The notes under the pieces were generated by a model. That model had not been told where the DNA came from. It worked only from the letters and a program-made list of their open reading frames with translations, and made no database searches. The position numbers and the translations under genes are program-made. 64,000 bases of DNA from Blasia pusilla. Taxonomy: Eukaryota. Positions 13,877 through 26,823 of this stretch are shown piece after piece (the first letter of the stretch is position 1; the number at the start of each line of letters is the position of its first letter). Location: NCBI GenBank assembly GCA_050084515.1, contig CM114271.1, positions 31,868,001-31,932,000 of the forward strand, written 5' to 3'.

Positions 13877-16800
13877 TGTCGTGCGCATACACATCGCTAC
13901 ACAACCCACATTGCCGGTCACATCTACACATCACACAACACCAATCTTCCCCAATATACGGATAGATCCACACATAAACTAAATACACTCACGCATATAC
14001 ACCGAGACACCCAACAAAATCTAAGTAGTAAAAATAGCTCATCCCGCCTAAAACTCCACTCATGAAACTACTTCGACATATCAAACCACGTCCATCCTCC
14101 GCTATAAGGGAATCCGAACGCTAGCACCCTAACTTCTATACACCCACACACGTATATGCAAGAAAGGCACTCCTAAGGCTCAACATGAGAATGATGGCTT
14201 GAGAAAGCCATCTCTCTCACTCTTAACCCTTGAGAAGAGCCAAAAGGCTCTTCCCTCCAAAAAAGCCCTCGCACTGGTAACCTACGTGCACACGTTACCG
14301 GGTGACACTTGACTCGGTCAACCAGTCATATGAAGGACTAAGACCAAAATAGGGAAATCTCCATAAACAACATTTTTGCCGCAACAGACCTGTCGCCAAT
14401 CTCATATGACATCCCGGGGTCAAAGTTACACACAAACAACCCGTTGACTTTCTATGTCGTCGACGCGATAGAACTCTACCTACATCAAAAAAAGATGTGA
14501 CAACTGTCATGCGCATACACATCGCTACACAACCCACATCGCTCATCACACCTACACACCATACAACACCGATCTTCCCCAACATATAGGTAGATCCACA
14601 CATATACGAAATACACTCACGCATATACACCGAGATCCCACAACTGCCCTACTAATTTCCAGTTGGGTTCCCCTAACTCCAAATAGTAAACACATATGTA
14701 CCTAACATGATCTACCAGCCTATACACATGTAGCACCATCGGTTCCGTCATCCCCGCAACACTGCAACAAAATAGCAACCCGCAGTTTTGATCCCTCCTA
14801 AGAGATCTAACACTCTTGTACCCTGCTCCAAACATAGGCACGGCTTCACGCCTGCCTCAAGAGCTCGTCTACACTTCACGTATCTCAACGCTCGTTCCCA
14901 ACAACAATAATGAAGCTCCGCACCATGGGAAGAGTCATCCACCATGGCATGTATCTCCGTGGGACTATCCGCTAGGGGAATGTCCTCCGCATGTGTGCTC
15001 CTCTCCTCGAAACCTCCTGATAAGCTAGCAGTACCTGTGAACGTTGCCAACTTGGTTATCGTATCCTAACGTGGTCGACCACCACTACTCCCTATAAACA
15101 ACACTGGTAGATGGCTCACTCGTCCATCACCTGATCACCACCCTGGCCGATAAGAAACCGTCTCCTCCAAAAAATCCAGAATAAACCCAAGGGGATACAA
15201 CACCGTTATCCCTACCAACACATCATATGACTCTCCCGGTGTCATAATCACCTGAGTGTGCACCATTGCACTATCCGACTCATGCTGTGGCCGAAGTCTA
15301 ACCACCAACTACTGTCGAGTCATGTACTGCATGGGGGATACGCCCCCAATAGAGGATTGTATCTGAAAGAGACAACGCTCCATGTCGCCTTTCAGCAATC
15401 CCAATGCCAAACATGCCGCCTTCCATAGCATCAAGGGTCGTGCTCCCGAATCAAGTAGGACGCGTTGGGGGTGGTACATTTTACCTGTGGGACTTACCAA
15501 GCGAAACACTCCAGCTCGGTTACCCAATAACACCATACATGGTGTGATCATGGCTCGCTCTATCGCCGGCCTAGCTGGCATATCTACCAACTTCACCGTT
15601 GACGCATGCCATAACACTCAATGGGGGACGTCTTGAGCACCTACTCCGAGGGCAAGTCCACCACCTCCTCAACTACCTCTGAATGAGAAGAAGTCACCTC
15701 TCCATGCTCATTCAATGTGGCAGCCGGCCGGAACACCTCCGGTGGTCCAACTCCCAACGTCGCCAACTCTATGGCGGAAAATAATGGAGTAGGCTCACCC
15801 TAATGACTAGCTCCAACAATGTGGTCCACACTGGCTCCACCTGAGCCGTCTCAGAAGTTGTCTCTCCAACTCCTCATGACGTTGACACACTTGCCTCTCC
15901 CGTGGGTACTATCGGTCATAAAGGCACCATCGACGGTGTATGTAGTGCCTCTGATACTGTGAACAACTGGGGAACCCTGGCCTGCCGCCCATTGGTCCTC
16001 TCATGTGGATCAGTCTCAACCCCACCTCTCGATGGATCGGTTATTCTTGCAGCACCCGGAGTCACCATCGCAGTAGCCTCAACCTGAGCCGCACTACACA
16101 TAAATCCCATCCCCGCTGAATCCTCACCAACATCGTGGTAAGATGTGGAGGTTGGCGCCACACTAGCTACTCTCAACTCCACGCCTGCCTTTAGCTGCAT
16201 CATCGTCATGGTAGCAATCATTAGCTCCAACTGATCCATGCGCGTAAGGAGCGCTGCATCGGGTGCACGTTCTCCATCTCGTGTGACTAGTGATGGCACT
16301 CTTCCACCACGATCATCCACAACTCGATCTCCACCAACTCTCTCGCCCCCAAGTGCTCTACCTACCTTTGGACGTACCTCTTGGCAAAGATCAAAACACC
16401 TATCCCTAGTATGACCATATTGGTGACAATGATCACATTGCAACTGTGGTGCGGCCATCCTCTATGGCTCCTGAGCAATTGGAGGCGCCCGTGGCCCTCT
16501 CCCATGTTGTGGGCAGTCCCTCTGCCTATGTGATCCACCATACGTCCAACAAGCCAACCCTGGTCCTTTCTGGGAAACATATGTTGATATAGGTTGTTGC
16601 CTCATCGGCTCACGATACCCACCTTGCTCTCTAGGCCCACCGGCCCGCTCCCGTGGTATTGGTGCATGCTAGGGCACTTGTGGGTCTACTCCTACTTGTC
16701 GACTCGTTGAATCCTGCAAAAATCTCGTGGTCACCACTGCTCCTCACTCATGTTGAGTTCTATCCACTCAGACAACTCGAAAGATCACCTTCAATGTTGG

Positions 16801-17099
16801 TTTCGCCGTGTGAAGCAACATCGCATCCCGAATTCTCCTCCCTAGCTCCTCGTCCAACACTCTGTACCAATACTGGAATGGCTGTGCCTCAGTCATCCCA
16901 TATGTGGCAATGATCAACCGTCGCATGCACGTGAACGCTTCCCTCGGACTCTCACCCGATCTCCGTTGAAAATCCTTTAGACTCTTCAGCTTGTCGATTT
17001 TCACACCCTCGTAGCTCCTACTAAACTATTGGAAGAACTCCACTGTTGGACTGAAACTCGGTGGTCCTCTACCACGATATCCATGAATTAGATACTCAT
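13877..17099 (-). mobile_element. Internally deleted Ty3/gypsy element of the MTase-bearing group (gag, protease, MTase motif I stub, 3' B1-A2-B2 repeats)
   Basis: Gag (PPSFSPTVEFFQ, KLKSLKDFQRRSGES, CDHCHQYGHTRDRC), protease (RVLLDSGARPLML, 15309-15617) and EQGTRVLDLLGGIKT near 14790-14830 are all homologous to ORFs 57801-61623. Direct repeats at 13877-14014 and 14505-14643. Confidence 0.85.
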
Positions 17100-17630
17100 T
17101 GTTGTAATAGTAAGAGAAAGTGTACAAAGGACTCCAAAATATGTATGATATTTGATCAATCCTAACCCACTCTTCAAGAGAGAATCCAGGCTCAATACAT
17201 GCAAGGTGCATTACATCACGGATCCCAATATGGGTCTAATCTTAAGGAAGATGAGCTCCATATGAGCTTCATCCGAGGTATACCTCCCTTGAGTACCTCC
17301 ATGGATAACCTGTATCCATAGGTCACCTTCCTCCTAGTAGGTAACTACCAACCTGTAATACAAAAGTACTAACTCTCCAACAACTACACATATGATCCTT
17401 TCATGATACCAAATACCAACTAACCCTTGACCCTATATGTCTAAGTGGAGCCACACATGGTTGGGAGGCTAAACCTCTCCAAGGTTGCCACTCCTCATAA
17501 AGGGAAGGGTGATCTACACTCGTAGGTCACCTCCTAAGAGTTGGTCACATATGACCTCTCAAAAGAGGGAAGTACAAGACCCCTCTAAGGCCTCGATACT
17601 ATCTTGCCCTATCTCTTATCTATCATGACA
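17100..17630 (-). mobile_element. LTR-like segment of a related gypsy subfamily (about 530 bp)
   Basis: Minus strand starts TGTCATGATAGAT and ends ...TTACAACA. Shares motifs with the A repeat (GGTGACCT..CAGGTTA, GGAGGTATACCTC, GAGCTCAT, GAGTGGGTT). No matching TSD is seen. Confidence 0.5.
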
Positions 17631-20469
17631 CAGATCTCAATATATGGCATAAGAGAATTATGCATACAAATCTTCAAAAATTACATAATCTTTCATAATC
17701 TAATCTAGTAATAGGAGTTTAGGAATTATTGAGCCATACTTTGTTAGATGTATGCCTTGCTTACCAATTTAGAAAATAAGTTATATTTCCATTTCCAAAG
17801 CAAGGTAGAAGAGCATACAAGGTATTGGAGTTGATTCACACTGATATGGGACAATATCACAACATAGCTTTAGTAGTTGCTAGTACTTTGTTTCATTTAT
17901 TTATAACTTCTCTAGGTATGTAAGGATATAGTTTTTGAAAGACAAGTCAAAATAATTCTCAATGTTCCAAACATTTGGAATTCTAGTAGAAGAAAACTTG
18001 ATAAACAATCTTAAATTGTGTCGTAATAGAGAAGGAGAGAATCTTTCAATAGAGTATGATGACTAATTACGTTAAAATGACATCCAAAAATAAGTCACCA
18101 GCCATTCTATTTCATAAAAAAATGGATTGGTTGAATGGGAGAATCAACATATTTTTTAGGCCATATATACTATGTTGAATGAAAAGAACATGCCTAAGGT
18201 GTATTGGGATGAGGTTGTGGTGTGCATAATCTTCTTAATCAACCAAACTTCAACAACAAGAGTTTAAGATAAGACTCCATTTGAAATCTTCACAATATTG
18301 AAACCTGAATTTTTCATTCCTTAAAGTTTTTGGGTGTATTTGTTATGCTCATGTTCCTTTTGAAAGATGTCACAAATAAAATCCCAAAATATTAAAGATG
18401 TATCTTCATTGGTTACAGTTATGAAACTAAGGGATATAAGTTCTACATTTATCCTCTAGGCATCTTATTATTTGTTGCAATATTATTTTTTATGAGTTGA
18501 AGTCAAGATATGCTCCATCTGAGCATACTTCACCTCCATAATTTTCTATTGAGGGGAAGAATATAAATATAAAGGAGCAGATATTGCCTATTAGGATGAG
18601 GAGAGGTCATAGACTCTCCAATTAAAGTTGTCAATCCATGGTCGGAAAGAGTATATTTTTAGTCTCTTAACACTAGTTAGAGCTTAAGTCAGATGTTAAA
18701 AGATTCCACCTTTAAACAACAACTTCGTAGAATAAGTAAAGTCACATATCTTGTTCATAGATTCATAAACAATGGATTCCTTACAACACATCATGCATAT
18801 ATGATGACTACTCTTCAAGAATAAGAACCAAGTTATTTTGAAGAAGCTGCATATAAGGTCAAATAGATTCGAGTTATGGGCTAAGGGCTTGTTGCATTAA
18901 GATATCAATAGACTTGGAAACTGGTTAATATACCTTACGATAAGGAAATTATTTGTCATAGATGGATTTACAAAGTCAATTGCAATCAAGATGGTATAAT
19001 AAAAAAATACAAAACTAGGTTGATAGCTAAGGGCTATGTACAACAATATAACATCGATTATAATGAGATATTTAGTCATGTTGCAAAGATGGCAAAAATG
19101 AGAATAGTGGTTGCACTTGCAGTGTGTAACGAGTGGAGACTACATCACATGGACATCCATAATGCCTTCTCGAATGGAGATCTACATGAGGAGGTATACA
19201 TGGCTAAACCACTTCGATATGAACATCTAGAATTTCCATTCCACGTGTGTCAATTAAAGCAAGATCTATATGGGGGCTCAAGCAAGCTCCAAGAGAAATA
19301 TTTTATCTATTTATTATATATCATATATATTGTATTAGTTTTAAAATACTACATATATTCTGTAAAAGTTTGGCTTTAGTGTTTGTGATTCTACTTCCCC
19401 TCCATATGTCTTGAAAGGACAAGGTCATACAATTATTAGTGTATTGTATGTTGAAGACCTCTTAGTTACTAGGAGTATTGAGGATATGGTACAATAGGTC
19501 ACGGCTAAAATTACACGTAGATTTGATATGAAGGACTTACAAGAACTCAAGTCCTTCCTTAGTATTGAAATCATTAGGGTTGGAGGGAGCATGTGGTTAC
19601 TACAACGACAATATGTTCTTCATATGCTTTCAAAATATGGTATGATGGCTTGTAACCCGACCTTTAAACCATTGGACCAGAGTGTGAAGTGAAGAGTAGA
19701 TTAAGGAGAGTGGCTTGCATATTCTAATATATACATGCGTATGGTCGGAAGTTTAATCTATCTGACTATAATTAGGCCAGACTTAGGCTAAGTAGTTCAC
19801 CCAATGAGCCAATCTTTGAAACCTCATGTTGATACTATGAGGAGGATTGTGAGGTATGTGAAATTCTTGGCTTAGTTTGGGCTTCAAATTGAACCTTCTA
19901 TACACTTACAAGGATTCACAAATGTTGATTCGGTAGGAAGCATATTTGATAGACACTCTACCCTTGGTTATTCCTTCACTTTGGGAAGTGCACTTATAAG
20001 TTGAGCTTCAAAGAAGCAACCTATAATTGCTTTATCTTCAAGAAAAGATGAATATAGAAGAGCAACCAATGCAACATGTGAAATGGTGTGGCTTCATCAA
20101 TTACTTATTGAGATTGATGTTAGTAACTTAAAACTATATGCAATTAATATTAGTAGCATGAAACTAACTAATAATCTTTTGTTTTATGCTCAAACAAAGC
20201 ATGTTGAGGTGCACTACCACTTTATCAAAGAGAAAGTACTTACATGAGAAGCTATTCTTATATCCATAGGTACAAATCAGAAAATTGATGATATTTTTAC
20301 AAAGGCATTTCCTATAAATAAGTTGCAAAATTTTAGAAATGATTTAGATGTTAGAGATATCGATATGAGCTTGAGGGAGAGTATTGAAGACTAAGTTCAT
20401 CGACCACACGAATTGTGATTAACTAACCTTAGTTAAGATAATCATTCTTAACTAACGAAGATTAACTTT

Positions 20470-21197
20470 TCTTTCTCCTTCCACTTACTTGCCTTCGTGT
20501 TCCATATTCCCTCGTTTCTTCCTCACTCCACCTCCACTCCCTCCTCCCTCATTGCTCCACTCATCCTTGCCTTGCCTTCCATCATGGACTATAAAGTGTG
20601 GATCCCACCTCTTGGAACCCATGTCTGTCCTAAGGAAGGACTTGTCCGTTTTTGTGAAACCATGGCCAAGAGCCGGCCATGTAGACCCGGGTTGACGGAG
20701 CCCCCATCCGTTGCGTAGCCCACCCTACAAGCCTACGGCGGGTCGTGGTGGGCCACGCAATGAGTGCAAGCTCCGTCAATCCAAGTGTTCGCGGAGGGCT
20801 CGAGTGTAGGTCGGGCATGTCCGTGGACATATCCAGACTTGTCTGTTCCCGTGCAACCTTGCTTAGTCAAGTTCTAAGTAATGATCTATTATATAGTGTT
20901 CCGCAAAAGAACATGGATTACCAAAAAGCCCACAAGTTGATCCCTGGGAGGACAAGTTCGTACACATTGAAAGACATGGTTTGCAAAAGGTGGAAAGCTT
21001 GGCGGTGGCGGACAAGGCAACAAGGGGGAAGAGAATGGGATATTGCGAGGGGAAAGGGAGGAAGTAGCAAGTGAGCTCAGGACACATGGGAAAGTTGGAA
21101 AATATGGGGGAAGAAGGAGATGGGGCCCATATGGACAAGTCCTTCTATACGATAGATGTAAGTCCACAGATATGGACTTTGTCCATGTGCAACCTTG
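20470..21197. mobile_element. Cluster of degenerate MITE copies related to 22504-22821
   Basis: 20490-20662 is a direct homolog of 22640-22821. 20912-21197 is an inverted homolog. The terminal motif GTGCAACCTTG occurs at 20851 and 21187. Confidence 0.65.
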
Positions 21198-22503
21198 CAT
21201 GATTCTAGATGAAGAGGTGCTACTCTATATGCTCTTGGAACTTCTAGAGAGAGAGAGAGAGAGAGATCCTAATGCTTGACCTGCTCATGAAAACTCACAA
21301 ACTCGCTAAAATTTGGTAGCTCCGCTACTTTGAAGGTGTTGTTGTAATGAAGGCATCCCATGAATGGTGCATTGAGTGGGATGAACCGATGATAAGACTT
21401 GTATTCAAAATAGATGCTCATTCTGAATATTCTCCCAATCCCAAGACATAAAGCCTTGAATATGCAAGGAGGTTTCACAATGATCCCTCACAATGAACCT
21501 TGAGTATAGATGTAGAAGAAGAAGAGTCATTAGGGGAAGAGGTGGGAGATGAATGAGTTAGTAGTGGAAGAATATATATGGCAAACAAATAAGATTCCTT
21601 GGTTTTGTATCAAGATTATGATGAGCTAGAGGATGAGTGGGAAGGGGTAGGGAAGAAATGCAAGGAGTGTAATAGGTTATGGGTATCAAGAGGAAATTGT
21701 ATACATCTATATATAGCTACAAAGAAGAGGTTGACCCTGAGGAGAGGTTACAATTGTCCAACTCCATATCGATAGTTCCCCTCATAGAACCCTTGATAGA
21801 ATAGGAAGTTGACATCGCATTCAAAATAAGTAGAAACATAATGAGTTAGAAACGAAGTAAAGGGAAAGTATTAGAATAAGAGCTATAATAAGAGGAGTGG
21901 GATCCATCACTAAAAAAAAAAAGATGGAGAGAATTACAGCATAAAAAAGGAAGATTTATGATTTAAACTCACTTCGAGAAAAAGAAAAAATATCAATTGG
22001 ACTTGAGAAAATTTTGAAGAAAGGAAGAAGCAACCCACATGGAGTCAAAAGAAGCATCTAGAAAATATGAATCTAGAATGAGCGTAAAGAGATAGAAAAT
22101 CTATGCAACAATGGAAAAGTGAGGTAAAGTCCTTACTCTTCAAAAACTTAAGAAAAATTTGTGAGAAGAATTTACACTAGAAATTCCACACAAAAAATAG
22201 GTATCAATGGGGAAGAAAGGAAAATAAGAAAAACCTCTTTATATGAAAAGAACCAAATCGCCAAGAAAATCATAACAAGACCAAGCACACCCAAAATCAA
22301 CACTCAAGGAGAAAGTTATAAAGAGAATTGGAACTACCAAAAAGAAAGTTAAAATGACCCACCAATTATTGATATGAAGGAATGGGTTCGTAGTGTTCAG
22401 CCCTTTCATCTCATTGGAATAAGAAGTTGTACTATGAAGAGAGTGTAATTTTTGAGTTACGATTAGGGTTCTATCACTTCTATGAGCATATCCATGAGAG
22501 GAG

Positions 22504-22821
22504 CAAGGTTGCATATGGACAAAGTCTGTGTCCGTAGACATGTCCATGTCTTTGGACTTACGTCCGTTGTATAGAAGGACTTGTCCATGTGTGCCCCATC
22601 TCCCCCTTCTCTCTCATCCCTAGCACTTGCCTTTGTGATATGTACTTTCGTGTTTCTTCCTCCTCTCACCTCCACTCTCTCCCCCCTTCTTGCCTGCCCT
22701 GTTCACCCTTGCCTTGCCTTCCACCATGACCTATAAGTGTGGAAATCACCTTTTACAATTCGTGGACATGTCCAAACTTGTCCGTCCTAAGGATGGACTT
22801 GTCTGTTTTTGTGCAACCAAG
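22504..22821 (+). mobile_element. hAT-type MITE, 318 bp
   Basis: Imperfect TIR CAAGGTTGCA...TGCAACCAAG. Flanked by an 8-bp near-duplication GAGAGGAG (22496-22503) / GAGAGGGG (22822-22829). An 8-bp TSD is typical of hAT. Confidence 0.7.
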
Positions 22822-23113
22822 GAGAGGGGTCCAAAGATGATAGAGCGTTTCTTTCCTACTCCTTCAACTTTGACCTAGTCATCTGAAGCTCTCATAAAAT
22901 CCTATTTTAAGTAATCCCATGGGAATTTGGAGATTCTGATGCAAGTCAGAAAAAGTTATCCAAGGATGAGATAAAATGACGTGAAGATATTTTCCTTGTC
23001 TTGCTTAAGTCAAGATGTTTTTCAAAATCTTAATAATTGCTCAAGGGCAACAAGGTGGCATGAATAGCATGATTGCATAAAAATGCTAAATTTGGTTCTC
23101 ACACAAAGTAAGC

Positions 23114-23256
23114 AAAGTTAATCTTGGTTAGTTAAGAATGATTATCTTAACTAAGGTTAGTTAATCACAATCAGTATAACTCAAGATTATGTTTAGAATT
23201 AGGATTAGGGTTGCTTTCACATACCTTATATAATTGAGAAAGGAGCCTCATTCTCT
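23114..23256 (+). mobile_element. Remainder of the copia 3' LTR
   Basis: Homologous to the reverse complement of the LTR at ~1535-1685 (TTAATCTTGGTTAG..., TATATAATTGAGAA..GAGCCTC). Confidence 0.65.
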
Positions 23257-23430
23257 AGGGAGATCTTGGGTAATTCATCCTCTCTTTGTTACAAGGTTTG
23301 GATAAAACGTAAAGTGAAATTTCCAATACTAAAATTTTGCACCATTTGAAGCCCACAAAAATATAGCTAAGTGTGCATCAAAATTGGCTTAGAGTAGCAA
23401 CATAAATCTTGAGACTAGCTATATCCTAGC

Positions 23431-23977
23431 TATTACGAATGTTTGGATAGATCGGTGGGATCTAGCAGAGCGTCTGCACGAGTCGTGGAGGACAAGCCCA
23501 GGAGGTCGAGGATGACCTATTGAGGCCCCGGGAAACCTGAGAGACCAGGTTTCCCCTTTGTTTCGGCTCATTTGGAGCCATATAGAGAAACTTACTATTT
23601 TGGGTAAGTTTCCATGTTAGGGATTCCATACACCTCCAGAATCGCAAATCCGACAGCACTTGCGCCCATATTCATGCACACAGAAATCCGCAATTTCCAC
23701 TTTGGTAAGTGGCCCTTGACCCGCTACAATATGTCAAGAGCCAAGGAGATGACCTACGAGCATAGGTTATTGTTGAGAGGGCTTGGGGGAGGGAAGGGGG
23801 TATACTTCCAAGAGAGAGAGCTTGAGAGCTCATTCTCTCTTTGTTGAACCTCTTGGCATAAGGCGGCGGTGCTGTGGTCCCTTGCCTTGTGAGTGTAACC
23901 CAAGCCTCTGAGAGATAGCACACCTTTGAGAGCTATGGTGTGAGATGGTGTAGAGAGAGAGATTGGATCTTACTTTA
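23431..23977 (+). repeat. Terminal repeat A1 (5' end of the gypsy element)
   Basis: Colinear with 35990-36577, 52374-~52890 and 51953-52373. Similarity to the 3' copy stops at GATTGGATCTTACTTTA. Confidence 0.9.
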
Positions 23978-26823
23978 CAAAGAGAGAATGAGAGAGTGAG
24001 AGAGCTTCATGGGGGAGCTTGCTGGTCACTCATTGTTTTTTCAGGTTGCGGATCGTGTTCCCCGTTCAGCGGCTCATGGGAGTGCTCACCGGAGCAAGGG
24101 CTACTTTGATTGTTCTTTGCATTTGCCGATTTTTCGTGTGGAAGACTGGCGCGCAGAAGCGCTGCCCAATTTCTGAAAGGGATTGATTATGGGGGTAGAT
24201 TTCCCATGTTGGTGCTCTCGGGAGCACCATGTAGCTTTCTGATTTTTATTTTTATAGGTTTTACATTTTTGTTGGGAGAAATCAATGCGGAAGCGCTGCC
24301 CAATTTTGTGTAGGAGAAAGAGACATTGGGCTTTACAAAAGTCCCTGTCAGCTTTTACTCAAATATTTGATTCTAAATATTTTTTGATGGTGTTGTAGAT
24401 CATGAAGCTGTGCACGCTGTGCAACAAACAATGTGCAATTTGGATTTTGAGCCAAAAGTTATGGTCAATCTTGCAAAACTGCCATTGCTAGGAAATTTTT
24501 ACAGTGAAATTGTTCAAACCCTAAACTAGCCGCCACGCTGGCGGCCGCCGTCTCCGTTTTAGGTCAACCATCATCATCAATGGTCAATTTTCACCGTCAA
24601 CGGTCCACCGTCCATTGTCCATCCTTTGGTTGCCATTGCCGCCTTTACGGAGAGGAGGGTCTTCCACGACGTTCGTTGATTCTCTAACTTCCGTCGCCAC
24701 CACGTACTTTGTTTTGGCCACCACCGTCATCACAGTTTTGTCATCAACCAGTGATGGAAGATGACCTCCGATTATGGTGTTTGAGTTTTGATTTCATGCT
24801 GCTATGTTGTGATTGGTAGGCGCACGACGATCGAGTACTGTGCCGTGACGCCCGTAGCCGCAACGTGTCGCTGATTGCTGTGCCGTGCCGCTCATGGCCG
24901 CACTGCATCATCTCGATCGTAGAACCGCTGATTCACTAAGGAGCAGAGCGTGTGAATTTTTGGTTGAGGAGGATATGCCGTCGAGTGCCGCACCCCATTC
25001 TCTAGTGTCGTGCTGTTTGTAGTCGTTCCGTGCCCCACTAGACCGCTCGACGCGCACCGCACATCGAGGAGGTTGAGTGGCGTCAATACGAGAGGAGTAC
25101 GACTTGCTGATTGGAGGAGTTCTCTTCATGACTGAGTTGGGTCGGAATTTGCAATTGCTGAGGAGCGACATCGACATGTGTTCAGGTTACCCATTGTGGT
25201 CCTTTACCCTACACGTGTGAGGGATTATGGGATTTGGGTAGTTTATTTGGGGATATTGGGTTGTGTGGATGCTGAGAGCATCATTCATGTATGTGGTTTA
25301 GGGAACATATACATATGTGGGATGTCCGAAGTTGAGGGTAGGTTGTCGATGAGATGATAGTCTGGTCGATTTGCCGCACCACGCCGCGTGTTGTCGCACG
25401 TTACACGTCTCGGGGAGGGAGAGTGTAGATCGAGTGCCGCATGTTTGGGATGGAGAGATTGAGGGATTACTCGCGAGGTTGAGAGTGATTGGGTGAGAGG
25501 GGCACTAGGGTCGTCATGGCGTCCGTTCGGGACTTTGAGAGGCGAGGTGGTGAACCCGAGAGTAGCTCTAGAGGTTTGACGCGGAGTGGCGCGAGGTTCC
25601 GAGGGTCTCCACGTGAGGGACCACCTCAACCTCCTTGTGTGTAATCATCAGACAAGGGGAAGGATGTAGAGGAGTTTGTGAGCACATCGCCACACATTGT
25701 GAGTGGTCCTACCAGTTGGGCGTACCAGATGGACGACCAGGGTAGAGGACCGCGTAGGTTTTCAGATGCAGTAGGCACGATTGAGTTGCACGATTTCATA
25801 GCAGAGTTTAGGAGTTGGTGCAGCTCCTAGCAAACCAAGAACTCTAGAAATTTCAACCCATTTACGTATGGAACGATATGTTCGAGCATTTAGAGGGGGC
25901 GCCCATGGACGATTACCATGAGTTCTCTCAGAGATATGCACGTGAGATCGAGGCGTGGAGGCTCTACTATGACCCACATTATGTGTCATGGACGGAGCCG
26001 TTCCCAGATGAGGAGGAGGAGTCATGAGAGGTTGTTGGATAACCGAGGAGATGTCTTCCAGTTGGTGAGTCCCAGAGGTAGAGCTTTTAGTCTGCAGCGC
26101 GTCTTGTTGGATTCAAGAGCGCAACCCTTGATGTTGGGGAAAGCGTCATTCAGAGGATTGGGCTTGACAAGAGCCGATGTGGAGCGTTGTCCATTACGGA
26201 TATAGACATCCTTGGGTGGAGCAAGTATCAGACAGTATATCACCCGACAGGAGGTCGTGGTGAGGATTCGCCCGGGACATCCTATAGATGAGTCCGTGGT
26301 GCGAGCCAAGGCGATAGTGATTGATGCAGAGTCCTACGACGTCTTGGTTGGTGGAGCAATGTTATACCCCATGGGGTTTTCCCTAGAATACTGGGAGGAG
26401 TCAACGTCCTACAGACAAAGATGGCAGTCAGGTGATGGGTGCCTTAGCTCATTACCCGTTTGATTCACATGTGCAGTGATCGAGCGACGGCCAGGAGAGG
26501 TGGCGGCCTTAGCAGCAATTTGGAGTGCCATCACTTGGCCTAGTGATTTGATTGAGGGACATGTCCATGCAGAGGATACTCCCGTTCCTGACATTTCTAT
26601 GGAGAGGAGTGTTATGGTAGCCGCATCATTCCGTGGAGGAGAGGTGCCGTTGTGGGGCTTGACTGAGGAGCTTCGACGTTTGGCAGATGAGCATGTGCAG
26701 ACCGCGTGGAGCGAGGCGCTTGCACCCGAGCGTGACGGGTCTGAGGAACCTGAGGTAGCATGGAGTGCTACGATGACATCCTTGAATACCACACCCATTG
26801 TGTGGTGTATCCCGGAGGAGGAT

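Larger units (their letters stand above)
13081..20411 (+). mobile_element. Degenerate Ty1/copia element (same family as 1-1760), interrupted by gypsy sequence at 13877-17630
   Basis: Gag relic 13081-13876 is colinear with the copy at 1-930. Pre-integrase WHKR near 17645, integrase relic ~17800-18500, RT (IAKGYVQQYNIDYNEIFS...LHHMDIHNAFSNGDLHEEVYM) from 19020, RNase H (TKHVEVHYHFIKE) near 20195-20230. PPT GAGGGAGAG to 20381 and LTR start at 20382. Many stops. Confidence 0.85.

Noticed and set aside
13877-17630. One intact gypsy insertion in the copia element
   Set aside because: The flanks (GAGT / CAGA) do not form a TSD, the two ends differ in sequence and copia protease sequence is missing. 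It is more likely a deletion chimera.
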